A stretch of DNA of 64,000 nucleotides from Mytilus trossulus (lineage: Eukaryota). Position 1 is the stretch's first letter, and every line of letters starts with the position of its first letter. The translations under genes and the position numbers were made by a program. Shown piece by piece: positions 1-15,300 of this stretch. The DNA lies in assembly GCF_036588685.1 (NCBI RefSeq), contig NC_086374.1, forward strand, positions 20,212,001-20,276,000, written 5' to 3'. The notes below the pieces were generated by a model. It saw nothing but the letters and a program-made list of their open reading frames with translations. It was not told where the DNA came from and made no database searches.

Positions 1-292
1 GGATTTAATTTGTAATAATTTTCCAAATTAGAGTAACAGTTTTCAGTTATATTTATGTAAAATACTTCAAAAGCAGAATGATCCCTGAACTTAATTTTGT
101 TCAATTATATTCAAGGCAGCATATCAAAGATGATGCCTTAGCTGAATAATACTAATCACAAAGAAAAGTAAATACATGTGTTTATTACTATTTTGCTAGA
201 AGAAAAGATGATTCATGTGTTGAATATTATATTGTCAAAAATACAGTTAATTTGTTTGGTAAGTTTGTAATATTTAAACATTTTTGTTATAG

Positions 293-364
293 GATCAACT
301 GGTAAAATTGCAACAACAACGCCAGTTGTAGCTACAAGTCCTTCTCCTGGAATATCAAGTACAA
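293..364 (+). CDS. Exon L2, type A (representative): linker GSTGKIATTTPVVATSPSPGISST
   Basis: tttttgttatag|GATCAACT...AGTACAA|gtaaga; 72 nt, phase 1-1; recurs every unit (e.g. 1821). Confidence 0.88.
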
Positions 365-3300
365 GTAAGAATGAACTTTGATTTTTTTTGTTGCTTGATT
401 TTTTTTATGTTAATGAGACTAAAATATATATTGTTTTGGAAAATTCAATAAATAAAATGCAAATAATTTTTCAAGAATGAAAATGTTAATGCATGACAGT
501 TTTTTGTATAGAGTGAGTACAGTATTTTGTTAAAGGCGGTTATAACAATGACATTTTTGGTTTTTAGAGATATCGACAACTACGCCAATTTGTGAAGAAA
601 CAGATGGAATGGGTTCAATAACAACAATACCATCAACAGAAATTACATCTAATGACAAAAAGGCAGATATTGAAAATCTACGACCTTCGTCTAAAACACC
701 CTTTAAAAGCTCCGAAGGACAAGTGGTTATAGAGTACATGCCTTCAAAGACGAGACCAATTGCCAACGTTGAACTGGTTTCTACTGATAATATCAAGACG
801 TATACAGTACAATTCTTTAATGCAGATGGAACTGTGACAACTCGAAAGGTTTGTATAACTTACTCCAAATCATTAAGTTTTAACTAATCAATTTTAATTG
901 ATTCTTCTTTAAAAAGAATGTGGAATATTAAACAAGACCAATTTTTCCATGTTATGTTTCAAATGTGTATTTTTCTTTCGGTAGGTTAAAGTAGGCGAAA
1001 AGGCTACAAGCATTGGAACCAAGCCTGATGTGAGAAAGGTAACTGTAATTATTACACCTGACGACAAAGAAGATTCTTACAGACCTGTACAGCTCCAACT
1101 AAGCGTCCATGCCTGTTTTGAAGTCAGTAAGTAATGAAAAGCAATAGTTACTTACTTGAAGATATATGTTTTGTATGGTGTTACAGTAGTATAATACAGA
1201 TGTACTGCAGATATCTTACAGGTTCCATTTTGAAATGAAAGTTTGCTCATGTTAATCTGTTTTAATTTTGTCAAAACCTGCTGGTTAATGGTGTTTGATA
1301 TGTCCTTGTAACATAAGAGTTGTTTGCCTTGAATAATGAATTAACCTTTTTTTGTTTAGCTTCTACGCCTATTCCAAGTACAACAGCAGTCCCACAAAAA
1401 GCATCCACAACAGTTGTCACTACAGCCGTGGTTTCACCAACACCTACAGCTACACCCTCTATAATAAGTGAAGCTACTACAACATTGCAAGGTAAAGGAT
1501 TTAATTTGTAATAATTTTCCAAATTAGAGTAACAGTTTTCAGTTATATTTATGTAAAATACTTCAAAAGCAGAATGATCCCTGAACTTAATTTTGTTCAA
1601 TTATATTCAAGGCAGCATATCAAAGATGATGCCTTAGCTGAATAATACTAATCACAAAGAAAAGTAAATACATGTGTTTATTACTATTTTGCTAGAAGAA
1701 AAGATGATTCATGTGTTGAATATTATATTGTCAAAAATACAGATAATACAATTTTTGAATTTGAACAAATTATTAATTTGTTTGGTATGTTTGTATAATA
1801 TTTAAACATTTTTGTTATAGGATCAACTGGTAAAATTGCAACAACAACGCCAGTTGTAGCTACAAGTCCTTCTCCTGGAATATCAAGTACAAGTAAGAAT
1901 GAACTTTGATTTTTTTTGTTGCATGATTTTTTTTATGTTAATGAGACTAAAATATATATTGTTTTGGAAAATTCAATAAATAAAATGCAAATAATTTTTC
2001 AAGAATGAAAATGTAAATGCATGCCAGTTTTTTTATAGAGTGAGTACAGTATTTTGTTAAAGGCGGTTATAACAATGACATTTTTGGTTTTTAGAGATAT
2101 CGACAACTACGCCAATTTGTGAAGAAACAGATGGAATGGGTTCAATAACAACAATACCATCAACAGAAATTACATCTAATGACAAAAAGGCAGATATTGA
2201 AAATCTACGACCTTCGTCTAAGACACCTTTTAAAAGCTCCGAAGGACAAGTGGTTATAGAGTACATGCCTTCAAAGACGAGACCAATTGCCAACGTTGAA
2301 CTGGTTTCTACTGATAATATCAAGACGTATACAGTACAATTCTTTAATGCAGATGGAACTGTGACAACTCGAAAGGTTTGTATAACTTACTCCAAATCAT
2401 TAAGTTTTAACTAATCAATTTTAATTGATTCTTCTTTAAAAAGAATGTGGAATATTAAACAAGACCAATTTTTCCATGTTATGTTTCAAATGTGTATTTT
2501 TCTTTCGGTAGGTTAAAGTAGGCGAAAAGGCTACAAGCAAGCCTGATGTGAGAAAGGTAACTGTTATTATTACACCTGATGACAAAGAAGATTCTTACAG
2601 ACCTGTACAGCTCCAACTAAGCGTCCATGCCTGTTTTGAAGTCAGTAAGTAATGAAAAGCAATAGTTACTTACTTGAAGATATATGTTTTGTATGGTGTT
2701 ACAGTAGTATAATACAGATGTACTGCAGATATCTTACAGGTTCCATTTTGAAATGAAAGTTTGCTCATGTTAATCTGTTTTAATTTTGTCAAAACCTGCT
2801 GGTTAATGGTGTTTGATATGTCCTTGTAACATAAGAGTTGTTTGCCTTGAATAATGAATTAACCTTTTTTTGTTTAGCTTCTACGCCTATTCCAAGTACA
2901 ACAGCAGTCCCACAAAAAGCATCCACAACAGTTGTCACTACAGCCGTGGTTTCACCAACACCTACAGCTACACCCTCTATAATAAGTGAAGCTACTACAA
3001 CATTGCATGGTAAAGGATTTAATTTGTAATAATTTTCCAAATTAGAGTAACAGTTTTCAGTTATATTTATGTAAAATACTTCAAAAGCAGAATGATCCCT
3101 GAACTTAATTTTGTTCAATTATATTCAAGGCAGCATATCAAAGATGATGCCTTAGCTGAATAATACTAATCACAAAGAAAAGTAAATACATCTGTTAAAT
3201 ACTATTTTGCTAGAAGAAAAGATGATTCATGTGTTGAATATTATATTGTCAAAAATACAGTTAATTTGTTTGGTAGGTTTGTAATATTTAAACATTTTTG

Positions 3301-6300
3301 TTATAGGATCAACTGGTAAAATTGCAACAACAACGCCAGTTGTAGCTACAAGTCCTTCTCCTGGAATATCAAGTACAAGTAAGAATGAACTTTGATTTTT
3401 TTTGTTGCTTGATTTTTTTTATGTTAATGAGACTAAAATATATATTGTTTTGGAAAATTCAATAAATAAAATGCAAATAATTTTTCAAGAATGAAAATGT
3501 TAATGCATGCCAGTCTTTTTATAGAGTGAGTACAGTATTTTGTTAAGGGCGGTTATAACAATGACATTTTTGGTTTTTAGAGATATCGACAACTACGCCA
3601 ATTTGTGAAGAAACAGATGGAATGGGTTCAATAACAACAATACCATCAACAGAAATTACATCTAATGACAAAAAGGCAGATATTGAAAATCTACGACCTT
3701 CGTCTAAGACACCTTTTAAAAGCTCCGAAGGACAAGTGGTTATAGAGTACATGCCTTCAAAGACGAGACCAATTGCCAACGTTGAACTGGTTTCTACTGA
3801 TAATATCAAGACGTATACAGTACAATTCTTTAATGCAGATGGAACTGTGACAACTCGAAAGGTTTGTATAACTTACTCCAAATCATTAAGTTTTAACTAA
3901 TCAATTTTAATTGATTCTTCTTTAAAAAGAATGTGGAATATTAAACAAGACCAATTTTTCCATGTTATGTTTCAAATGTGTATTTTTCTTTCGGTAGGTT
4001 AAAGTAGGCGAAAAGGCTACAAGCATTGGAACCAAGCCTGATGTGAGAAAGGTAACTGTAATTATTACACCTGATGACAAAGAAGATTCTTACAGACCTG
4101 TACAGCTCCAACTAAGCGTCCATGCCTGTTTTGAAGTCAGTAAGTAATGAAAAGCAATAGTTACTTACTTGAAGATATATGTTTTGTATGGTGTTACAGT
4201 AGTATAATACAGATGTACTGCAGATATCTTACAGGTTCCATTTTGAAATGAAAGTTTGCTCATGTTAATCTGTTTTAATTTTGTCAAAACCTGCTGGTTA
4301 ATGGTGTTTGATATGTCCTTGTAACATAAGAGTTGTTTGCCTTGAATAATGAATTAACCTTTTTTTGTTTAGCTTCTACGCCTATTCCAAGTACAACAGC
4401 AGTCCCACAAAAAGCATCCACAACAGTTGTCACTACAGCCGTGGTTTCACCAACACCTACAGCTACACCCTCTATAATAAGTGAAGCTACTACAACATTG
4501 CAAGGTAAAGGATTTAATTTGTAATAATTTTCCAAATTAGAGTAACAGTTTTCAGTTATATTTATGTAAAATACTTCAAAAGCAGAATGATCCCTGAACT
4601 TAATTTTGTTCAATTATATTCAAGGCAGCATATCAAAGATGATGCCTTAGCTGAATAATACTAATCACAAAGAAAAGTAAATACATGTGTTAAATACTAT
4701 TTTGCTAGAAGAAAAGATGATTCATGTGTTGAATATTATATTGTCAAAAATACAGATAATACAATTTTTGAATTTGAACAAATTATTAATTTGTTTGGTA
4801 TGTTTGTATAATATTTAAACATTTTTGTTATAGGATCAACTGGTAAAATTGCAACAACAACGCCAGTTGTAGCTACAAGTCCTTCTCCTGGAATATCAAG
4901 TACAAGTAAGAATGAACTTTGATTTTTTTTGTTGCTTGATTTTTTTTATGTTAATGAGACTAAAATATATATTGTTTTGGAAAATTCAATAAATAAAATG
5001 CAAATAATTTTTCAAGAATGAAAATGTTAATGCATGCCAGTTTTTTTATAGAGTGAGTACAGTATTTTGTTAAAGGCGGTTATAACAATGACATTTTTGT
5101 TTTTTAGAGATATCGACAACTACGCCAATTTGTGAAGAAACAGATGGAATGGGTTCAATAACAACAATACCATCAACGGAAATTACATCTAATGACAAAA
5201 AGGCAGATATTGAAAATCTACGACCTTCGTCTAAGACACATTTTAAAAGCTCCGAAGGACAAGTGGTTATAGAGTACATGCCTTCAAAGACGAGACCAAT
5301 TGCTAACGTTGAACTGGTTTCTACTGATAATATCAAGACGTATACAGTACAATTCTTTAATGCAGATGGAACTGTGACAACTCGAAAGGTTTGTATAACT
5401 TACTCCAAATCATTAAGTTTTAACTAATCAATTTTAATTGATTCTTCTTTAAAAAGAATGTGGAATATTAAACAAGACCAATTTTTCCATGTTATGTTTC
5501 AAATGTGTATTTTTCTTTCGGTAGGTTAAAGTAGGCGAAAAGGCTACAAGCATTGGAACCAAGCCTGATGTGAGAAAGGTAACTGTAATTATTACACCTG
5601 ATGACAAAGAAGATTCTTACAGACCTGTACAGCTCCAACTAAGCGTCCATGCCTGTTTTGAAGTCAGTAAGTAATGAAAAGCAATAGTTACTTACTTGAA
5701 GATATATGTTTTGTATGGTGGTACAGTAGTATAATACAGATGTACTGCAGATATCTTACAGGTTCAATTTTGAAATGAAAGTTTGCTCATGTTAATCTGT
5801 TTTAATTTTGTCAAAACCTGCTGGTTAATGGTGTTTGATATGTCCTTGTAACATAAGAGTTGTTTGCCTTGAATAATGAATTAACCTTTTTTTGTTTAGC
5901 TTCTACGCCTATTCCAAGTACAACAGCAGTCCCACAAAAAGCATCCACAACAGTTGTCACTACAGCCGTGGTTTCACCAACACCTACAGCTACACCCTCT
6001 ATAATAAGTGAAGCTACTACAACATTGCAAGGTAAAGGATTTAATTTGTAATAATTTTCCAAATTAGAGTAACAGTTTTCAGTTATATTTATGTTAAATA
6101 CTTCAAAAGCAGAATGATCCCTGAACTTAATTTTGTTCAATTATATTCAAGGCAGCATATCAAAGATGATGCCTTAGCTGAATAATACTAATCACAAAGA
6201 AAAGTAAATACATGTGTTAAATACTATTTTGCTAGAAGAAAAGATGATTCGTGTGTTGAATATTATATTGTCAAAAATACAGATAATACAATTTTTGAAT

Positions 6301-9300
6301 TTGAACAAATTATTAATTTGTTTGGTATGTTTGTATAATATTTAAACATTTTTGTTATAGGATCAACTGGTAAAATTGCAACAACAACGCCAGTTGTAGC
6401 TACAAGTCCTTCTCCTGGAATATCAAGTACAAGTAAGAATGAACTTTGATTTTTTTTGTTGCTTGATTTTTTTTATGTTAATGAGACTAAAATATATATT
6501 GTTTTGGAAAATTCAATAAATAAAATGCAAATAATTTTTTCAAGAATGAAAATGTTAATGCATGCCAGTTTTTTTATAGAGTGAGTACAGTATTTTGTTA
6601 AAGGCGGTTATAACAATGACATTTTTGGTTTTTAGAGATATCGACAACTACGCCAATTTGTGAAGAAACAGATGGAATGGGTTCAATAACAACAATACCA
6701 TCAACAGAAATTACATCTAATGACAAAAAGGCAGATATTGAAAATCTACGACCTTCGTCTAAGACACCTTTTAAAAGCTCCGAAGGACAAGTGGTTATAG
6801 AGTACATGCCTTCAAAGACGAGACCAATTGCCAACGTTGAACTGGTTTCTACTGATAATATCAAGACGTATACAGTACAATTTTTTAATGCAGATGGAAC
6901 TGTGACAACTCGAAAGGTTTGTATAACTTACTCCAAATCATTAAGTTTTAACTAATCAATTTTAATTGATTCTTCTTTAAAAAGAATGTGGAATATTAAA
7001 CAAGACCAATTTTTCCATGTTATGTTTCAAATGTGTATTTTTCTTTCGGTAGGTTAAAGTAGGCGAAAAGGCTACAAGCATTGGAACCAAGCCTGATGTG
7101 AGAAAGGTAACTGTAATTATTACACCTGATGACAAAGAAGATTCTTACAGACCTGTACAGCTCCAACTAAGCGTCCATGCCTGTTTTGAAGTCAGTAAGT
7201 AATGAAAAGCAATAGTTACTTACTTGAAGATATATGTTTTGTATGGTGTTACAGTAGTATAATACAGATGTACTGCAGATATCTTACAGGTTCCATTTTG
7301 AAATGAAAGTTTGCTCATGTTAATCTGTTTTAATTTTGTCAAAACCTGCTGGTTAATGGTGTTTGATATGTCCTTGTAACATAAGAGTTGTTTGCCTTGA
7401 ATAATGAATTAACCTTTTTTTGTTTAGCTTCTACGCCTATTCCAAGTACAACAGCAGTCCCACAAAAAGCATCCACAACAGTTGTCACTACAGCCGTGGT
7501 TTCACAAACACCTACAGCTACACCCTCTATAATAAGTGAAGCTACTACAACATTGCATGGTAAAGGATTTAATTTGTAATAATTTTCCAAATTAGAGTAA
7601 CAGTTTTCAGTTATATTTATGTAAAATACTTCAAAAGCAGAATGATCCCTGAACTTAATTTTGTTCAATTATATTCAAGGCAGCATATCAAAGATGATGC
7701 CTTAGCTGAATAATACTAATCACAAAGAAAAGTAAATACATGTGTTAAATACTATTTTGCTAGAAGAAAAGATGATTCATGTGTTGAATATTATATTGTC
7801 AAAAATACAGTTAATTTGTTTGGTAGGTTTGTAATATTTAAACATTTTTGTTATAGGATCAACTGGTAAAATTGCAACAACAACGCCAGTTGTAGCTACA
7901 AGTCCTTCTCCTGGAATATCAAGTACAAGTAAGAATGAACTTTGATTTTTTTTGTTGCTTGATTTTTTTTATGTTAATGAGACTAAAATATATATTGTTT
8001 TGGAAAATTCAATAAATAAAATGCAAATAATTTTTTCAAGAATGAAAATGTTAATGCATGCCAGTTTTTTTATAGAGTGAGTACAGTATTTTGTTAAAGG
8101 CGGTTATAACAATGACATTTTTGGTTTTTAGAGATATCGACAACTACGCCAATTTGTGAAGAAACAGATGGAATGGGTTCAATAACAACAATACCATCAA
8201 CAGAAATTACATCTAATGACAAAAAGGCAGATATTGAAAATCTACGACCTTCGTCTAAGACACCTTTTAAAAGCTCCGAAGGACAAGTGGTTATAGAGTA
8301 CATGCCTTCAAAGACGAGACCAATTGCCAACGTTGAACTGGTTTCTACTGATAATATCAAGACGTATACAGTACAATTCCTTAATGCAGATGGAACTGTG
8401 ACAACTCGAAAGGTTTGTATAACTTACTCCAAATCATTAAGTTTTAACTAATCAATTTTAATTGATTCTTCTTTAAAAAGAATGTGGAATATTAAACAAG
8501 ACCAATTTTTCCATGTTATGTTTCAAATGTGTATTTTTCTTTCGGTAGGTTAAAGTAGGCGAAAAGGCTACACGCATTGGAACCAAGCCTGATGTGAGAA
8601 AGGTAACTGTAATTATTACACCTGATGACAAAGAAGATTCTTACAGACCTGTACAGCTCCAACTAAGCGTCCATGCCTGTTTTGAAGTCAGTAAGTAATG
8701 AAAAGCAATAGTTACTTACTTGAAGATATATGTTTTGTATGGTGTTACAGTAGTATAATACAGATGTACTGCAGATATCTTACAGGTTCAATTTTGAAAT
8801 GAAAGTTTGCTCATGTTAATCTGTTTTAATTTTGTCAAAACCTGCTGGTTAATGGTGTTTGATATGTCCTTGTAACATAAGAGTTGTTTGCCTTGAATAA
8901 TGAATTAACCTTTTTTTGTTTAGCTTCTACGCCTATTCCAAGTACAACAGCAGTCCCACAAAAAGCATCCACAACAGTTGTCACTACAGCCGTGGTTTCA
9001 CAAACACCTACAGCTACACCCTCTATAATAAGTGAAGCTACTACAACATTGCAAGGTAAAGGATTTAATTTGTAATAATTTTCCAAATTAGAGTAACAGT
9101 TTTCAGTTATATTTATGTAAAATACTTCAAAAGCAGAATGATCCCTGAACTTAATTTTGTTCAATTATATTCAAGGCAGCATATCAAAGATGATGCCTTA
9201 GCTGAATAATACTAATCACAAAGAAAAGTAAATACATGTGTTAAATACTATTTTGCTAGAAGAAAAGATGATTCATGTGTTGAATATTATATTGTCAAAA

Positions 9301-12300
9301 ATACAGATAATACAATTTTTGAATTTGAACAAATTATTAATTTGTTTGGTATGTTTGTATAATATTTAAACATTTTTGTTATAGGATCAACTGGTAAAAT
9401 TGCAACAACAACGCCAGTTGTAGCTACAAGTCCTTCTCCTGGAATATCAAGTACAAGTAAGAATGAACTTTGATTTTTTTTGTTGCTTGATTTTTTTTAT
9501 GTTAATGAGACTAAAATATATATTGTTTTGGAAAATTCAATCAATAAAATGCAAATAATTTTTCAAGAATGAAAATGTTAATGCATGACTGTTTTTTATA
9601 GAGTGAGTACAGTATTTTGTTAAAGGCGGTTATAACAATGACATTTTTGGTTTTTAGAGATATCGACAACTACGCCAATTTGTGAAGAAACAGATGGAAT
9701 GGGTTCAATAACAACAATACCATCAACAGAAATTACATCTAATGACAAAAGGGCAGATATTGAAAATCTACGACCTTCGTCTAAGACACCTTTTAAAAGC
9801 TCCGAAGGACAAGTGGTTATAGAGTACATGTCTTCAAAGACGAGACCAATTGCCAACGTTGAACTGGTTTCTACTGATAATATCAAGACGTATACAGTAC
9901 AATTCTTTAATGCAGATGGAACTGTGACAACTCGAAAGGTTTGTATAACTTACTCCAAATCATTAAGTTTTAACTAATCAATTTTAATTGATTCTTCTTT
10001 AAAAAGAATGTGGAATATTAAACAAGACCAATTTTTCCATGTTATGTTTCAAATGTGTATTTTTCTTTCGGTAGGTTAAAGTAGGCGAAAAGGCTACAAG
10101 CATAGGAACCAAGCCTGATGTGAGAAAGGTAACTGTAATTATTACACCTGATGACAAAGAAGATTCTTACAGACCTGTACAGCTCCAACTAAGCGTTCAT
10201 GCCTGTTTTGAAGTCAGTAAGTAATGAAAAGCAATAGTTACTTACTTGAAGATATATGTTTTGTATGGTGTTACAGTAGTATAATACAGATGTACTGCAG
10301 ATATCTTACAGGTTCCATTTTGAAATGAAAGTTTGCTCATGTTAATCTGTTTTAATTTTGTCAAAACCTGCTGGTTAATGGTGTTTGATATGTCCTTGTA
10401 ACATAAGAGTTGTTTGCCTTGAATAATGAATTAACCTTTTTTTGTTTAGCTTCTACGCCTATTCCAAGTACAACAGCAGTCCCACAAAAAGCATCCACAA
10501 CAGTTGTCACTACAGCCGTGGTTTCACCAACACCTACAGCTACACCCTCTATAATAAGTGAAGCTACTACAACATTGCATGGTAAAGGATTTAATTTGTA
10601 ATAATTTTCCAAATTAGAGTAACAGTTTTCAGTTATATTTATGTAAAATACTTCAAAAGCAGAATGATCCCTGAACTTAATTTTGTTCAATTATATTCAA
10701 GGCAGCATATCAAAGATGATGCCTTAGCTGAATAATACTAATCACAAAGAAAAGTAAATACATGTGTTAAATACTATTTTGCTAGAAGAAAAGATGATTC
10801 ATGTGTTGAATATTATATTGTCAAAAATACAGATAATACAATTTTTGAATTTGAACAAATTATTAATTTGTTTGGTATGTTTGTATAATATTTAAACATT
10901 TTTGTTATAGGATCAACTGGTAAAATTGCAACAACAACGCCAGTTGTAGCTACAAGTCCTTCTCCTGGAATATCAAGTACAAGTAAGAATGAACTTTGAT
11001 TTTTTTTGTTGCATGATTTTTTTTATGTTAATGAGACTAAAATATATATTGTTTTGGAAAATTCAATAAATAAAATGCAAATAATTTTTCAAGAATGAAA
11101 ATGTAAATGCATGCCAGTTTTTTTATAGAGTGAGTACAGTATTTTGTTAAAGGCGGTTATAACAATGACATTTTTGGTTTTTAGAGATATCGACAACTAC
11201 GCCAATTTGTGAAGAAACAGATGGAATGGGTTCAATAACAACAATACCATCAACAGAAATTACATCTAATGACAAAAAGGCAGATATTGAAAATCTACGA
11301 CCTTCGTCTAAGACACCTTTTAAAAGCTCCGAAGGACAAGTGGTTATAGAGTACATGCCTTCAAAGACGAGACCAATTGCCAACGTTGAACTGGTTTCTA
11401 CTGATAATATCAAGACGTATACAGTACAATTCTTTAATGCAGATGGAACTGTGACAACTCGAAAGGTTTGTATAACTTACACCATATCATTAAGTTTTAA
11501 CTAATCAATTTTAATTGATTCTTCTTTAAAAAGAATGTGGAATATTAAACAAGACCAATTTTTCCATGTTATGTTTCAAATGTGTATTTTTCTTTCGGTA
11601 GGTTAAAGTAGGCGAAAAGGCTACAAGCATTGGAACCAAGCCTGATGTGAGAAAGGTAACTGTAATTATTACACCTGATGACAAAGAAGATTCTTACAGA
11701 CCTGTACAGCTCCAACTAAGCGTCCATGCCTGTTTTGAAGTCAGTAAGTAATGAAAAGCAATAGTTACTTACTTGAAGATATATGTTTTGTATGGTGTTA
11801 CAGTAGTATAATACAGATGTACTGCAGATATCTTACAGGTTCAATTTTGAAATGAAAGTTTGCTCATGTTAATCTGTTTTAATTTTGTCAAAACCTGCTG
11901 GTTAATGGTGTTTGATATGTCCTTGTAACATAAGAGTTGTTTGCCTTGAATAATGAATTAACCTTTTTTTGTTTAGCTTCTACGCCTATTCCAAGTACAA
12001 CAGCAGTCCCACAAAAAGCATCCACAACAGTTGTCACTACAGCCGTGGTTTCACCAACACCTACAGCTACACCCTCTATAATAAGTGAAGCTACTACAAC
12101 ATTGCAAGGTAAAGGATTAAATTTGTAATAATTTTCCAAATTAGAGTAACAGTTTTCAGTTATATTTATGTAAAATACTTCAAAAGCAGAATGATCCCTG
12201 AACTTAATTTTGTTCAATTATATTCAAGGCAGCATATCAAAGATGATGCCTTAGCTGAATAATACTAATCACAAAGAAAAGTAAATACATGTGTTAAATA

Positions 12301-15300
12301 CTATTTTGCTAGAAGAAAAGATGATTCGTGTGTTGAATATTATATTGTCAAAAATACAGATAATACAATTTTTGAATTTGAACAAATTATTAATTTGTTT
12401 GGTAGGTTTGTATAATATTTAAACATTTTTGTTATAGGATCAACTGGTAAAATTGCAACAACAACGCCAGTTGTAGCTACAAGTCCTTCTCCTGGAATAT
12501 CAAGTACAAGTAAGAATGAACTTTGATTTTTTTTGTTGCTTGATTTTTTTTATGTTAATGAGACTAAAATATATATTGTTTTGGAAAATTCAATAAATAA
12601 AATGCAAATAATTTTTCAAGAATGAAAATGTTAATGCATGCCAGTTTTTTTATAGAGTGAGTACAGTATTTTGTTAAAGGCGGTTATAACAATGACATTT
12701 TTGGTTTTTAGAGATATCGACAACTACGCCAATTTGTGAAGAAACAGATGGAATGGGTTCAATAACAACAATACCATCAACAGAAATTACATCTAATGAC
12801 AAAAAGGCAGATATTGAAAATCTACGACCTTCGTCTAAGACACCTTTTAAAAGCTCCGAAGGACAAGTGGTTATAGAGTACATGCCTTCAAAGACGAGAC
12901 CAATTGCCAACGTTGAACTGGTTTCTACTGATAATATCAAGACGTATACAGTACAATTCTTTAATGCAGATGGAACTGTGACAACTCGAAAGGTTTGTAT
13001 AACTTACTCCAAATCATTAAGTTTTAACTAATCAATTTTAATTGATTCTTCTTTAAAAAGAATGTGGAATATTAAACAAGACCAATTTTTCCATGTTATG
13101 TTTCAAATGTGTATTTTTCTTTCGGTAGGTTAAAGTAGGCGAAAAGGCTACAAGCATTGGAACCAAGCCTGATGTGAGAAAGGTAACTGTAATTATTACA
13201 CCTGATGACAAAGAAGATTCTTACAGACCTGTACAGCTCCAACTAAGCGTCCATGCCTGTTTTGAAGTCAGTAAGTAATGAAAAGCAATAGTTACTTACT
13301 TGAAGATATATGTTTTGTATGGTGTTACAGTAGTATAATACAGATGTACTGCAGAGATCTTACATGTTCCATTTTGAAATGAAAGTTTGCTCATGTTAAT
13401 CTGTTTTAATTTTGTCAAAACCTGCTGGTTAATGGTGTTTGATATGTCCTTGTAACATAAGAGTTGTTTGCCTTGAATAATGAATTAACCTTTTTTTGTT
13501 TAGCTTCTACGCCTATTCCAAGTACAACAGCAGTCCCACAAAAAGCATCCACAACAGTTGTCACTACAGCCGTGGTTTCACCAACACCTACAGCTACACC
13601 CTCTATAATAAGTGAAGCTACTACAACATTGCAAGGTAAAGGATTTAATTTGTAATAATTTTCCAAATTAGAGTAACAGTTTTCAGTTATATTTATGTAA
13701 AATACTTCAAAAGCAGAATGATCCCTGAACTTAATTTTGTTCAATTATATTCAAGGCAGCATATCAAAGATGATGCCTTAGCTGAATAATACTAATCACA
13801 AAGAAAAGTAAATACATGTGTTAAATACTATTTTGCTAGAAGAAAAGATGATTCATGTGTTGAATATTATATTGTCAAAAATACAGATAATACAATTTTT
13901 GAATTTGAACAAATTATTAATTTGTTTGGTATGTTTGTATAATATTTAAACATTTTTGTTATAGGATCAACTGGTAAAATTGCAACAACAACGCCAGTTG
14001 TAGCTACAAGTCCTTCTCCTGGAATATCAAGTATAAGTAAGAATGAACTTTGATTTTTTTTGTTGATTGATTTTTTTTATGTTAATGAGACTGAAATATA
14101 TATTGTTTTGGAAAATTCAATAAATAAAATGCAAATAATTTTTCAAGAATAAAAATGTTAATGCATGCCAGTTTTTTTTTATAGAGTGAGTACAGTATTT
14201 TGTTAAAGGCGGTTATAACAATGACATTTTTGGTTTTTAGAGATATCGACAACTACGCCAATTTGTGAAGAAACAGATGGAATGGGTTCAATAACAACAA
14301 TACCATCAACAGAAATTACATCTAATGACAAAAAGGCAGATATTGAAAATCTACGACCTTCGTCTAAGACACCTTTTAAAAGCTCCGAAGGACAAGTGGT
14401 TATAGAGTACATGCCTTCAAAGACGAGACCAATTGCCAACGTTGAACTGGTTTCTACTGATAATATCAAGACGTATACAGTACAATTCTTTAATGCAGAT
14501 GGAACTGTGACAGCTCGAAAGGTTTGTATTACTTATTCCAAATCATTAAGTTTTAACTAATCAATTTTAATTGATTCTTCTTTAAAAAGAATGTGGAATA
14601 TTAAACAAGACCAATTTTTCCATGTTATGTTTCAAATGTGTATTTTTCTTTCGGTAGGTTAAAGTAGGCGAAAAGGCTACAAGCATTGGAACCAAGCCTG
14701 ATGTGAGAAAGGTAACTGTAATTATTACACCTGATGACAAAGAAGATTCTTACAGACCTGTACAGCTCCAACTAAGCGTCCATGCCTGTTTTGAAGTCAG
14801 TAAGTAATGAAAAGCAATAATTACTTACTTGAAGATATATGTTTTGTATGGTGTTACAGTAGTATAATACAGATGTACTGCAGAGATCTTACAGGTTCCA
14901 TTTTGAAATGAAAGTTTGCTCATGTTAATCTGTTTTAATTTTGTCAAAACCTGCTGGTTAATGGTGTTTGATATGTCCTTGTAACATAAGAGTTGTTTGC
15001 CTTGAATAATGAATTAACCTTTTTTTGTTTAGCTTCTACGCCTATTCCAAGTACAACAGCAGTCCCACAAAAAGCATCCACAACAGTTGTCACTACAGCC
15101 GTGGTTTCACCAACACCTACAGCTACACCCTCTATAATAAGTGAAGCTACTACAACATTGCAAGGTAAAGGATTTAATTTGTAATAATTTTCCAAATTAG
15201 AGTAACAGTTTTCAGTTATATTTATGTTAAATACTTCAAAAGCAGAATGATCCCTGAACTTAATTTTGTTCAATTATATTCAAGGCAGCATATCAAAGAT

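Noticed and set aside
447-457. AATAAA motifs in block A introns as polyadenylation signals
   Set aside because: Expected by chance in AT-rich introns, altered in some units, and not at the same position in blocks B and C. No supporting evidence from sequence alone.
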